33,908 bases of DNA from a virus, in the IMG/VR virus record IMGVR_UViG_3300029130_000028, positions 1-33,908 of that record. One strand, 5' to 3'. Of this stretch, positions 5,629 to 14,230 are shown in pieces. How positions within the stretch are numbered: position 1 is the stretch's first letter; the number at the start of each line of letters is the position of its first letter. The position numbers and the translations under genes are program-made. The notes beneath the pieces were generated by a model, which did no database searches, was not told where the DNA came from, and saw only the letters and a program-made list of their open reading frames with translations.

Positions 5629-5835
5629 TCAGCGGGCCAGCTCTGCCGCCGTAGCGGCCACGCGATCCTCGGCGGCGCGGATGCTGTCCGCCTTGCTGTA
5701 GGTGTGGGCCACCGGGTCGTCCCGGTAATCGTGGGCGGCGAAGGCTTCTGCGGCGGACTTGCTGTCAAACCATGCCTCCCGGGAGAAGCTGGATCCCCAT
5801 ACGCTGTAAGTGACGGAATAAAAAGCCTTTTTCAT
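5629..5835 (-). CDS. Hypothetical protein (68 aa), first gene of the moron operon
   Basis: The ATG at 5835 has the RBS AAAGGGAAA. The translation begins MKKAFYSVTYSVWGSSFSREAWFDSKSAAEAF. Confidence 0.55.
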   Translation of the reverse strand: MKKAFYSVTYSVWGSSFSREAWFDSKSAAEAFAAHDYRDDPVAHTYSKADSIRAAEDRVAATAAELAR

Positions 5836-5887
5836 GATATTTCCCTTTCTGCCGCTGTGCGGCTGCAATGTTTCTTGATCTGTCTAT

Positions 5888-5916
5888 ATACTACCACGCA
5901 ATGCGTGGTATGTCAA
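5888..5916 (-). promoter_or_regulatory. Predicted moron promoter: TTGACA-17-TGgTAGTAT, with a 19-bp perfect palindrome in the spacer
   Basis: On the minus strand TTGACA is at 5916-5911 and TAGTAT at 5893-5888. The palindrome TACCACGCAATGCGTGGTA (5892-5910) overlaps the spacer and -10. Confidence 0.6.
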
Positions 5917-5941
5917 GAGAAAATCGTAATTTTAATCAAAA

Positions 5942-5974
5942 ATATATCCCGCACCGAAACGGTGCGGGATATAT
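5942..5974. terminator. Strong bidirectional terminator after the endolysin gene
   Basis: ATATATCCCGCACCG-AAA-CGGTGCGGGATATAT is a 15-bp perfect stem. T runs flank it on both strands. Confidence 0.85.
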
Positions 5975-5980
5975 TTTGAC

Positions 5981-6781
5981 TTACTCCCCCAACAGCTTGC
6001 CCCAGGTTCCACGGCCTGCGATGCCATCCGCGCCGAGGCCGTACCGAGTCTGGAACTTCTTCAAAGCGGACTCCGTTCCTGTACCAAAGTCGCCGTCCGC
6101 ACCGGACGCACCGCAGGAGAAACCGTAGGCGATCAGCGCCGCCTGCAAGGTCTTGACATCTGCGCCATCCATGCCGCGACGCAGCACGCGCACAGCCACA
6201 GAAACCGTTTCGGCAGGTGCAGGTGACGGGGCTGGCTCCGCATCATCCCTCGCCACAAACGGCACGTCCAGCGCCGCGCAGAGGCCCTTGGCGATGGTCT
6301 CGCCGATCAGGGTGGTGTTGTCGATGATCCACTGCGCGATGCGGGGAACATCGTGGAAGTCCGTCTCGATATACACCGTCGTGGCGACAGGGTGCTTCAC
6401 CTCGTACAGTGCGGGATACGCCCGGATGACATCCGGCGCACCCGGCGTCACAGGCCCCAGCACATCCAACACCGCCTGACACGCCTTGTACCCGGCGCTG
6501 TTCCGGTCGCCGCTGTAACAGAACAGATGCGTACCGCTGGCCTTGCCGTTGCAGGCGTTGGAATGGATGGGGACGTGCAGGTCGGCCTTGAACCAGTTGG
6601 ATTCGGCCACGCGGTTTGCCATAGTGTCGTACTGCCCCAACATCACCTCCACGCCGGAGCGCTCCAGAGCGGCCTTGCAAGCCTCTGCGATGCGCCCGCA
6701 CTGGATGGCCTCGGTAGTGTCGCCCACCGCATAGCTGTTGCTTCGCTGGTCACTGGGGGACAGATACACTCTCTTAGCCAT
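5981..6781 (-). CDS. Endolysin: N-acetylmuramoyl-L-alanine amidase (Amidase_3-like) with a C-terminal PG_binding_1 domain
   Basis: The N-terminus reads MAKRVYLSPSDQRSN...ADLHVPIHSNA. The C-terminus GADVKTLQAALIAYGF..GADGDFGTGTESALKKFQTRYGLGADGIAGRGTW is a classic peptidoglycan-binding repeat. Confidence 0.9.
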   Translation of the reverse strand: MAKRVYLSPSDQRSNSYAVGDTTEAIQCGRIAEACKAALERSGVEVMLGQYDTMANRVAESNWFKADLHVPIHSNACNGKASGTHLFCYSGDRNSAGYKACQAVLDVLGPVTPGAPDVIRAYPALYEVKHPVATTVYIETDFHDVPRIAQWIIDNTTLIGETIAKGLCAALDVPFVARDDAEPAPSPAPAETVSVAVRVLRRGMDGADVKTLQAALIAYGFSCGASGADGDFGTGTESALKKFQTRYGLGADGIAGRGTWGKLLGE

Positions 6782-6989
6782 TGTTGCCAGCCTCCTTGTG
6801 GTACTGTGCCGTGCTGATGCACAGCACCGCGCCGAGGAACGTGTCCACGGCGGTGATGGTGGTCACCACTTCGTCAGCATAGGGCCACGCCCACACCGCC
6901 GCCAGCGCCGCGTACAGCGTGGCCACGGCGGGCATAACGATGATGACCAGCCATTTCAGGATGTCGTATACCTTGTTGTTCAGCTTCAT
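6774..6989 (-). CDS. Holin (71 aa, two TM; r1t/Dp-1-type pattern)
   Basis: The translation is MKLNNKVYDILKWLVIIVMPAVATLYAALAAVWAWPYADEVVTTITAVDTFLGAVL. The gene overlaps the endolysin start by 8 nt. Confidence 0.75.
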   Translation of the reverse strand: MKLNNKVYDILKWLVIIVMPAVATLYAALAAVWAWPYADEVVTTITAVDTFLGAVLCISTAQYHKEAGNNG

Positions 6990-7033
6990 AACAAATTCCT
7001 TTCCGGCGCGTCTGCGCCTGTTCCATTTTTGCC

Positions 7034-7363
7034 TCACCGAATGGGCAGCTTCCGCACTTCTTCCATGACGCGCCGTGCGCTGCCGTTGCCGCCCATCTCC
7101 TCATACGGTTCATAGAGATACACCTGCAAATTTTCGTACTCGTCCTGTGTGACGTAGCCCCGCTCGATGTACACCATGCCGAGGTGAATGATGCGGTCGT
7201 GGGCCAGTCCCACCAGCATCTTCCGATCTGCCTCGTCGGCCTTACTGCGCTTGGCTGTCAGCTCCATCCGCTTGAGGATCACCTTACTCACCACGCCCCA
7301 CAGGGCAGTGGAGGTCAGCAGCGCCACGATCAGCGGCACGCCGACATTCGTCCATGATTCCAT
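7034..7363 (-). CDS. N-terminally membrane-anchored protein upstream of the holin (possible second holin or lysis regulator)
   Basis: One N-terminal TM segment (VGVPLIVALLTSTALWGVV) is followed by a soluble helical part. The RBS is AGGAGGTGA. The call rests on its position in the lysis cassette. Confidence 0.5.
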   Translation of the reverse strand: MESWTNVGVPLIVALLTSTALWGVVSKVILKRMELTAKRSKADEADRKMLVGLAHDRIIHLGMVYIERGYVTQDEYENLQVYLYEPYEEMGGNGSARRVMEEVRKLPIR

Positions 7364-7374
7364 CCGGTCACCTC

Positions 7375-8811
7375 CTACAACTCGGCGCTGAACACGATCT
7401 GTGCCCCTTGCCGCATGAACAGGGCGTAGGTCTCACCCGCCGTCAGGCCGCTGGACGTAAAGATCAGGCTCCGCACGCTGCAAGCCCCGCCGGTCTGCAT
7501 CGCCCATCCGCCTGTGACCCTGGTGACGTCCTTCGGACTGTCGGAGGTCTTTCCCGCCTTGAACAGCGCGGCGCCGCCGGTGGGGACGGTAGGCGTGGGC
7601 GATATGCGCATGGGCACGGCCAGTGGGATGGGTACCCACAGGTCGACGGTGTTGTTGGCGTAGCCGATGGCCACGCCGTTGCCGGAGGTGTCATAGGGCG
7701 CGGCGAGGACTTGCAGATAGCGCATGCACTTGGTCAGCTCCTCGCCGTAGTCGGGGATTTCGTTGAGAACCCACACGCCGTCCTCCTGATGTGCCAGCGT
7801 CTGCTGGGGGCCAAGCTCCAGTTTGACGGCTACGAGCTTTTTCCCATCCGCCGTGACTGTGACCGTCTTGCTTGCGCTGTCGTAGGCCGGCACCACATCG
7901 CCCACTCCGGCCTGCGTCAGGGCAGATGCCGTCACCGTGCCGACCGGCGCGGTCTCCAACACCTGCTGCATGGTTCCGTTCAGCGTGATGCCGTCCGTGT
8001 TGATCGTCACGCTGCCGCTCACCAGCTTCCAGCGATCCAAAAAATACCCTGCGCTGCTGATAGTGCCGCTGACGTCCCGCTGGTTCACCGGATTGCCGAA
8101 ATACCAGTTGTCCAGCAGGTTCCGGTTGCAGGGCTGCACTTTGGCAGCGATGACGCTGCCGCTGATGGCGATACCATCGCCAGCCGTATACGGTGCAGGA
8201 GCGCCGATGTTCGCCCGTGCCTGCTCCTTCTGTTCCTCTGTCAGGGTTTGCTGGGCGTTGTACTTGACAGCGCCCTCGACCGATACCGCAGCGCTATCCG
8301 CGCTATTCTTGGCGGCCGCTGCGTAATCCTTAGCCTGATCTGCTGCGGCCTTCGCGCCTGCGATGTCACCAGCAAGGATGTTGTAGTAGTCGCTGGAGAT
8401 GATCTGCGCATCTGGGAGCACGCAGGGCGCCACCTCGACAATGAAGCGGAATGTGGCCAGCCGCTCAGCCGCTGCCCCTGAACTGCTGCCAAAAATATCG
8501 ATCTCTGCAAATACATCCCCCGCCACAGCCAGAATCTGGGCGGCCACCGGGGCCGTTACAATGCTGCCAGCGTAGGAGACCTTGTTGCCGCCCTCCGTCG
8601 CGTCATACAGGCCGCCAGTGCCGTCCGGTTTCCTAAAGCGGACCATGATGGCCGCCCCCGCCGGAATACTGTAAGGCTGCGCACCGTTCCACAGCGTGGC
8701 CACGATCGTCCGAGAATTGGTGTCGCCCTGCACCATGTGCAGCGTGGGCGGCACGCCGTTCAAAGTCATACTTAGCTGCACGGCCTGCTTGACTGTCAAA
8801 CTATTCGCCAT
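7375..8811 (-). CDS. Baseplate upper protein / receptor-binding tail fibre (BppU N-domain-like)
   Basis: The N-terminus LTVKQAVQLSMTL...VQGDTNSRTIVATLWNG.QPYSIPAGAAIMVRFRKPDGT matches the BppU_N Ig-like pattern. It is the last tail gene before lysis. Confidence 0.7.
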   Translation of the reverse strand: MANSLTVKQAVQLSMTLNGVPPTLHMVQGDTNSRTIVATLWNGAQPYSIPAGAAIMVRFRKPDGTGGLYDATEGGNKVSYAGSIVTAPVAAQILAVAGDVFAEIDIFGSSSGAAAERLATFRFIVEVAPCVLPDAQIISSDYYNILAGDIAGAKAAADQAKDYAAAAKNSADSAAVSVEGAVKYNAQQTLTEEQKEQARANIGAPAPYTAGDGIAISGSVIAAKVQPCNRNLLDNWYFGNPVNQRDVSGTISSAGYFLDRWKLVSGSVTINTDGITLNGTMQQVLETAPVGTVTASALTQAGVGDVVPAYDSASKTVTVTADGKKLVAVKLELGPQQTLAHQEDGVWVLNEIPDYGEELTKCMRYLQVLAAPYDTSGNGVAIGYANNTVDLWVPIPLAVPMRISPTPTVPTGGAALFKAGKTSDSPKDVTRVTGGWAMQTGGACSVRSLIFTSSGLTAGETYALFMRQGAQIVFSAEL

Positions 8812-8823
8812 AACAGCACCTCC

Positions 8824-10890
8824 TTAAAAGTTGTTGACGGTGGACACCCGTGAAATATCTCCGGTGCCCCCGGTTTTCGTGGCGCTGCCCGCACCGTCAA
8901 AGCTGAAGGCGCAGTACCAGTCGTTGGAAGCGCATTGGTAGCTGCCTGACTGCCCCGCGGGGATAAAGCACCCCGCCTGATTCCCGCTGCCGCCCGTGCA
9001 GTACACGACGTACCCGATGACCTTCTGCGTTGGGAATGTGACAGTCTTTCCGTCCTGTTTGTAATTGGATGCGTCGACAGATCCACCTACGGACAGATCC
9101 TTTTCGATCTCGCCGTACTGCGCGCCGATCGTGTTGGCCGCGGCGCGGCCAAATCCCACCGAGAACACGATGTTCTCGGTGTCCGCGCCGGTGATGTTGT
9201 TGTGGTAGACACGATAGATCTTCAAGAGGCTGTTCCCGTCGGCGGGGTCGATGCGCAGGCGCCACCGCGTGGTGAAGTTTACCGTTCGCGCCCCGCTGAT
9301 GATCTGCTGGATCTGCACGGTATCGGTGATGCTGATCGTACCATCGCCATTGACATCCAGCTTTTCATAGTCGGCCAGCGTTGGCGTGACAGCCTTGATG
9401 TTGATCTGGTTGATTCGGTCAAGATCCGCCTGCGAGTAGTTGGAGTTCTTATAAGTCGCGCCGGTGGCGCTGGTGTCGATGGTACCGCCGTCCAGGTTGA
9501 TCAGGAAATTTCCCTGTTCACTGGCGATGGTGCCGGCCACCAGATTGGCTGCCGTGATCATCCACGCCTGGATGCCCCCAGCGATGGTAGCGCCCATCTT
9601 GTAGGGGCCATTGTAGCCGGTGCTGCTGGCGGCCCAGCCCTCGTAGTTGAATCGCCACACCTTCTTGGCTTTGGTGGGGTCAGGATCGTCAGCGATGTAC
9701 TGCTCGTCCGGCTCACCGTCTCCGTTCGTGTCAAGCAGACGGACAGAACCGCCGTTCGCCCCCAGGAGCGCGGCTGTCAGGCCGGATGAAATCTGCTCCA
9801 CCAGCGAGATGGACGGCTTGGCGTCGATCTCGCTTTGCTGCCCGGCGATGGTAGATGCGATGCTGGCCTTGACGCTGCCGAGCGCTACGCTGTCGTAGCG
9901 CTCCAGCAGGCAGTCCCAGACGATCTTGTTTACCCGCGCCTTGGCATCCACACCCAGACGGTGGAAGTAGACGCCTACGGTATCGCCCAGATAGATCTGC
10001 TCCAGGAACACTACATCCTCATACCCGGAGGACTGCGCCAGCAGTGCCAACTTCACATCCCAGCTCACCGCGGGAACGCCGAGGCGGTTCTGCTTGGTGT
10101 AGGATGTAGCTGCGGCCTGCAGCTGCGCTTGCGTGGGCCGCTGCTCGAAGCTGGAGGATAGATCCAGCGGCATGAGGCGGACGTAGCCGTAGTCGCCCTC
10201 TGCGTACACTGGCGCGGCCGTGACCGTGACATCGTTTCCGCGCCAGTAAGGCACCACGCCCGTGTAGCAGTTGGCGCAGTTGGCATCCTGCGTCAGATCG
10301 GTGAGGTTCTTTCCGTACCGGACCGATACGCCCCGGTCCGCTCCGCGGCGCGTCAGCAGCCGCACCATCCACTCGTCAAACTCGTACTCGCCGCCGTATA
10401 CGTCCAGCAGGCTGCCACGCTGACCGCCCAGCAAGCCCCATGCGCTGGTGGGAACCATGACGCTCAAGGTAGCCACGGTGGTCTTATCGGTGCCCAAGGT
10501 AAACGGCATTCCTGCCGGCAGCGCGTGGCTCTTGATGCCCGCCACAGCGGATGGTGCATCCGCTGCCGTGAATGGAGACACCACATAGCCGCCGAGGTCA
10601 TAGGCGATGTGCCGCGCGTAGATGGCCGCTGTGCCGTTCATGCTGGGCACGATGCGATATACCCTAAAAGGCTGCAGCTTGCCGTCTGGGCCAACGGTAG
10701 CCCGAAGAATGGCGCGCAGCGCGATCTCTTCATAGTGGATTCCTTCCACCGGATAGTGCAGCTCCAGTTCGTACTGACCGTTCAGCTCCTGCGTCACCTT
10801 GCAGGACATAGCGTCTGCGAGGACGCCCAGCCCGTTGTCAACGCTCGCCGGGAAGCTTGTGCGGTCGGCGTCATATAGGATCGGTTTCAT
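8824..10890 (-). CDS. Tail-associated lysin / minor structural protein (Tal, prophage-tail endopeptidase N-domain)
   Basis: The translation begins MKPILYDADRTSF...NGLGVLADAMSCKVTQELNGQYELELHYP. There is an ATGA overlap with dit. The protein is 688 aa and contains Ca-binding-like DxNGDG motifs. Confidence 0.8.
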   Translation of the reverse strand: MKPILYDADRTSFPASVDNGLGVLADAMSCKVTQELNGQYELELHYPVEGIHYEEIALRAILRATVGPDGKLQPFRVYRIVPSMNGTAAIYARHIAYDLGGYVVSPFTAADAPSAVAGIKSHALPAGMPFTLGTDKTTVATLSVMVPTSAWGLLGGQRGSLLDVYGGEYEFDEWMVRLLTRRGADRGVSVRYGKNLTDLTQDANCANCYTGVVPYWRGNDVTVTAAPVYAEGDYGYVRLMPLDLSSSFEQRPTQAQLQAAATSYTKQNRLGVPAVSWDVKLALLAQSSGYEDVVFLEQIYLGDTVGVYFHRLGVDAKARVNKIVWDCLLERYDSVALGSVKASIASTIAGQQSEIDAKPSISLVEQISSGLTAALLGANGGSVRLLDTNGDGEPDEQYIADDPDPTKAKKVWRFNYEGWAASSTGYNGPYKMGATIAGGIQAWMITAANLVAGTIASEQGNFLINLDGGTIDTSATGATYKNSNYSQADLDRINQINIKAVTPTLADYEKLDVNGDGTISITDTVQIQQIISGARTVNFTTRWRLRIDPADGNSLLKIYRVYHNNITGADTENIVFSVGFGRAAANTIGAQYGEIEKDLSVGGSVDASNYKQDGKTVTFPTQKVIGYVVYCTGGSGNQAGCFIPAGQSGSYQCASNDWYCAFSFDGAGSATKTGGTGDISRVSTVNNF

Positions 10891-11594
10891 AGTGTCCACC
10901 ACCTCGGGATGATCTCCACGCTTGTAATGCCGCCCGTCCAGCGGACGACGCTTTCTCCGGCCGGCAGCGTGGGAAACTCCGGTGCGGAGATAGTATTGTT
11001 CAAATTAAATGCCCCGTAGGAGGCGTTCTGCGTGCCCGAATCGAGCACAACAGCGCCGCGAGGCATGCTGCTGATGCTGACAGTGACATCGCCTACCGTC
11101 AGGGTTCCGGCCCCCGTTCCGGCGACAGTGATCGTGGGCAGAGCCGTGAACGCGGTGGGGTTTCGCAAAACCTCCCCCTGCACGGCCTGCACCGGCATAT
11201 CTCCGATACGGAGAAACCTCTGCGGCTGGCAGTTAAACTCGATCGTCGCGCGGCCAAACCGGTGCATTACGCTTTCCACGTCCAGCGGGCCGGCAAAATA
11301 GGCCCTGCGGTAGGTCTCTACGTCGTAGCTGTCCTCCAGCTTTTGATACCCACGCGGGCCACAGAGCCAGTCAGCCACCGCGCGCATAGCGCGGGGGAGC
11401 CGCATCCGCTCCGCGCTGATGTAGATGCTGTACGCCTGCACGTAATTCTGGTAGGCGTCCTGGAGAAACAGCAGGTCGCCGTTTCGCCCGGGGACGGACT
11501 GCGTGTCCAGCTTGCGCCCGACCAGCTCCACGCTGGGGTAGCGCTCCACCACGACGTGGACGTCGTCGGAGGATCTTCCAGCCCAGAAAATCAT
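10887..11594 (-). CDS. Distal tail protein (Dit)
   Basis: The translation begins MIFWAGRSSDDVHVVVERYPSVELVGRKLDTQSVPGRNGDLLF. There is an ATGA overlap with the TMP stop. The gene sits in the canonical TMP-Dit-Tal order. Confidence 0.8.
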   Translation of the reverse strand: MIFWAGRSSDDVHVVVERYPSVELVGRKLDTQSVPGRNGDLLFLQDAYQNYVQAYSIYISAERMRLPRAMRAVADWLCGPRGYQKLEDSYDVETYRRAYFAGPLDVESVMHRFGRATIEFNCQPQRFLRIGDMPVQAVQGEVLRNPTAFTALPTITVAGTGAGTLTVGDVTVSISSMPRGAVVLDSGTQNASYGAFNLNNTISAPEFPTLPAGESVVRWTGGITSVEIIPRWWTL

Positions 11595-13645
11595 GCAAAC
11601 ACCGCCTCTCTGCGCTCCACCGCACTCTGCATCCGCGCCATGACGATATCAGCCAGCTCGCTGACGTCCTGCCCCTGCGCTCCGTATACCACGATGTTGA
11701 CGCCGCCCAGATTGGTGGTGCTACTGCCGGGCATCGGGATGTTCGATAGCGCGCCCAGCTCTGCGCTCATGTCGCGCATAGCCTTCGGCATCGCCTTCTC
11801 GACGCCTACCGTGATGCCGGGCGGGATGAACTTGCCCACCTCATCAGCAAAAACCTTGGAGGGGGAATTGATGCCGAACAAACCCTTGACCCAGCCCAGG
11901 ACATCACTTACCCAGCCCCGAAGCTTGTCGTAAAGCCACGACGCCGCATTGGAGATTCCGTCAAATAGGCCGCGAACCAGCTGCGACCCGACTTCGCCAA
12001 TAGCAGCCATTCCGGAAAGGAGACCCTTTACAATGGCACCGATGATCTCCGGCAGCCGCACCACCAGACGGGGCAGCGCCTCGATCAGACCCTGCGTCAA
12101 GCCTGCGATAAGAGATCCCGCCGCGATGATGATCTCATCCACATGGTCCACCAGGCCCTCGGCCACGGTGATGATGGCGTCAACCGCCGCGGGGATCAGC
12201 GCCGGAAGGTTTTCTCCGATGCCCGACGCAAGGGCGGCAATGATATCAATGCCGGCGTTCAGGATCTGCGGCAGCAGTATCGTGATCTGCTCCACCAGCA
12301 TGGGGACCACGGCGGAGATTGCCTCCACCGCCGCCGGCAGAGCCTGCACGATGCCAGAGACAAGACTACCTATCCCCTGCACCAAGGACGGCAACAGCAG
12401 CTCCAGCGCAGGCCCTACATAGGGCACCAGACCGTTCACAAGCTGCGTCATACCCTCCGCGAAGCGCGGCAGCATGACCTGCAGGCGGGGCAGCAGATTG
12501 TCTGCGAAGGTGTTGACGCTGTCAATCACATTCTGCACCAGCTTGTCCAGATCCAGATTCTCGTTACTCATGCCGGTGATAAGGTTACTCCACGCCGACT
12601 TCATGGCGTTGGCGCTGCCCTGGATGGTGGTCGACGCCTCCTTTGCCGTCGTTCCCGTGATGCCCATCTCCGTCTGGACTACGTGGATGGCGTCCACAAT
12701 GTCTGCGTAGCTGGAGAGGTCATATTTGACGCCGGAGATCTTCTCCGCGTCGGCCAGCAGCCGCTCCATCTCCTGTTTCGTGCCGCCATAGCCCAGCTTC
12801 AGGTTGTCCAGCATGGTGTAGTTTTGCTTAGCGAAGCCCTGGTAGGCATCCTGGATGCTGGTCATGTCCGTGCCCAGCTTATTGGCGTTGTCGGACATGT
12901 CCGTAATAGCCTGGTCGGCCTTCTGAGCCGCCGCAGCCGTGTCGCCGCCCAGAGACTGCAGCAGGGATGCGGAGAAGCTGGTCACCGTTTCCATGTACTG
13001 GTTCGCGCTCAAGCCGGCAGTTTTGTAGGCGTCGTTGGCATACTGCTGCACCTGCGCGGAAGACTCCTTGAACAGGGTGTCCACGCCGCCGATGAGCTGC
13101 TCCTGCTCGGCAAAGCCCATAATGGACTGCTTGCCGAGATCCACAAGCGCTGCGGTGGCCTCCTTGATAGCTGACGCCATCGCTTTGATGCCGGAAACGA
13201 CGAAGTCAGAAGCGACGTTGGCCTTTAGGACATCGCCAAAGGACAGGGCCTTCTCGCTGCCCTCGCGCATATCATCGCCCAGCTCCTCTACGCCGCTGGA
13301 GGCGTCGCGCAGCTCGCTCTGCATCTTGTTCAGCGTGGCAGTGGCCTTATTCAGGCTTTCCTGATACTTGAGCGTATACTCATTAAGCGGGCCATACTTG
13401 GCGGCCGCCTTGCCGGTCTGCTCCGCCAGCAGCTTCACGCGATCACGCTGCACATCGATCTGCTTGGACAGCACGGAGGCGGTCTTGGCATTCCTCTCCT
13501 CCGCCGTTGTGGCAGCGGTAAACTGCGAAGCCACCAGCTTCATCTGGCTCTCCAGCGTCTTGGACTGCTGGATGATCTGGCTGATCTGCCGGCGATACTC
13601 CGCCTCACCATCTACGCCGATCTTGGGGCCGATGTTCACAGCCAT
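11591..13645 (-). CDS. Tail tape measure protein (684 aa)
   Basis: The protein is long, Ala/Gly/Ile-rich and helical, with repeats (AAL.GIG..LPALI). It lies between the G/G-T chaperones and dit. Confidence 0.85.
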   Translation of the reverse strand: MAVNIGPKIGVDGEAEYRRQISQIIQQSKTLESQMKLVASQFTAATTAEERNAKTASVLSKQIDVQRDRVKLLAEQTGKAAAKYGPLNEYTLKYQESLNKATATLNKMQSELRDASSGVEELGDDMREGSEKALSFGDVLKANVASDFVVSGIKAMASAIKEATAALVDLGKQSIMGFAEQEQLIGGVDTLFKESSAQVQQYANDAYKTAGLSANQYMETVTSFSASLLQSLGGDTAAAAQKADQAITDMSDNANKLGTDMTSIQDAYQGFAKQNYTMLDNLKLGYGGTKQEMERLLADAEKISGVKYDLSSYADIVDAIHVVQTEMGITGTTAKEASTTIQGSANAMKSAWSNLITGMSNENLDLDKLVQNVIDSVNTFADNLLPRLQVMLPRFAEGMTQLVNGLVPYVGPALELLLPSLVQGIGSLVSGIVQALPAAVEAISAVVPMLVEQITILLPQILNAGIDIIAALASGIGENLPALIPAAVDAIITVAEGLVDHVDEIIIAAGSLIAGLTQGLIEALPRLVVRLPEIIGAIVKGLLSGMAAIGEVGSQLVRGLFDGISNAASWLYDKLRGWVSDVLGWVKGLFGINSPSKVFADEVGKFIPPGITVGVEKAMPKAMRDMSAELGALSNIPMPGSSTTNLGGVNIVVYGAQGQDVSELADIVMARMQSAVERREAVFA

Positions 13646-13649
13646 AGGC

Positions 13650-13863
13650 TCACCTCACTTTCATAGCTTCGTCAAATGTCCAGTGTTTCTGTTTTTTCTT
13701 GGGGGTAGCCCCGTTATAAATGGCGAGGCAGGCGATCATGTCCAGCATCTCACCGTATCGCGTGACCATGATCTCCTGCCTCCTCATATTCAGCTTTCGC
13801 CCGTAAAACAGGAGCCAAGCAAGGTTCAGCTGGACGCCTGCGCCTTGCCGCTTTCTTTTTTTT
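13650..13863 (-). CDS. T extension of the tail assembly chaperone, reached by a -1 frameshift from the G ORF (also has an internal ATG at 13787)
   Basis: The -1 frame is open from the A8 run (13863-13856 on the minus strand) to the TGA at 13652-13650. I translated it by hand as ...RKRQGAGVQLNLAWLLFYGRKLNMRRQEIMVTRYGEMLDMIACLAIYNGATPKKKQKHWTFDEAMKVR. Confidence 0.6.
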
Positions 13864-14218
13864 CGGGCTCTACCTCCACCGTGGGCTTGCTGTCCTCCGT
13901 CCAGGCCGCCAGCGCCGCCTGCTGCAACTGGATGAACTCGCTTTCTCGCAAAGACAAAACCTCGTCCACCGTCAGAGGCCGGGGAGGTATCCAGTCTCCG
14001 CCGATGTCCGCTCTGCCGAAGGTTTCAAATGCAAGGGCCGTCGCATAGCCTTCACTCATGGCGACGATAATTGCGGCTGTGTCCCGCACCACCTTGCCGT
14101 AGCTCCCCTCCAGCACCTCCCCCAGACGGGTGATATCGCCGTCCGGGCAGAGGTCGGAGATCTTAGCGGAGGCGCCCACCGTAAAGCGGAAGCCTACTTC
14201 TCTGCCGTAGATCTGCAT
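13826..14218 (-). CDS. Tail assembly chaperone (gpG-like)
   Basis: The 130-aa ORF lies between the major tail protein and the TMP. It ends in ...EPEKKESGKAQASS, with the slippery A run in GAA AAA AAA. Confidence 0.7.
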   Translation of the reverse strand: MQIYGREVGFRFTVGASAKISDLCPDGDITRLGEVLEGSYGKVVRDTAAIIVAMSEGYATALAFETFGRADIGGDWIPPRPLTVDEVLSLRESEFIQLQQAALAAWTEDSKPTVEVEPEKKESGKAQASS

Positions 14219-14230
14219 AGACGCCTCCTC

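Noticed and set aside
7375-10890. A diversity-generating retroelement or hypervariable receptor-binding locus in the tail fibre region
   Set aside because: No reverse-transcriptase-like ORF exists anywhere in the window. I saw no template/variable repeat pair near the 3' ends of the BppU or Tal genes.
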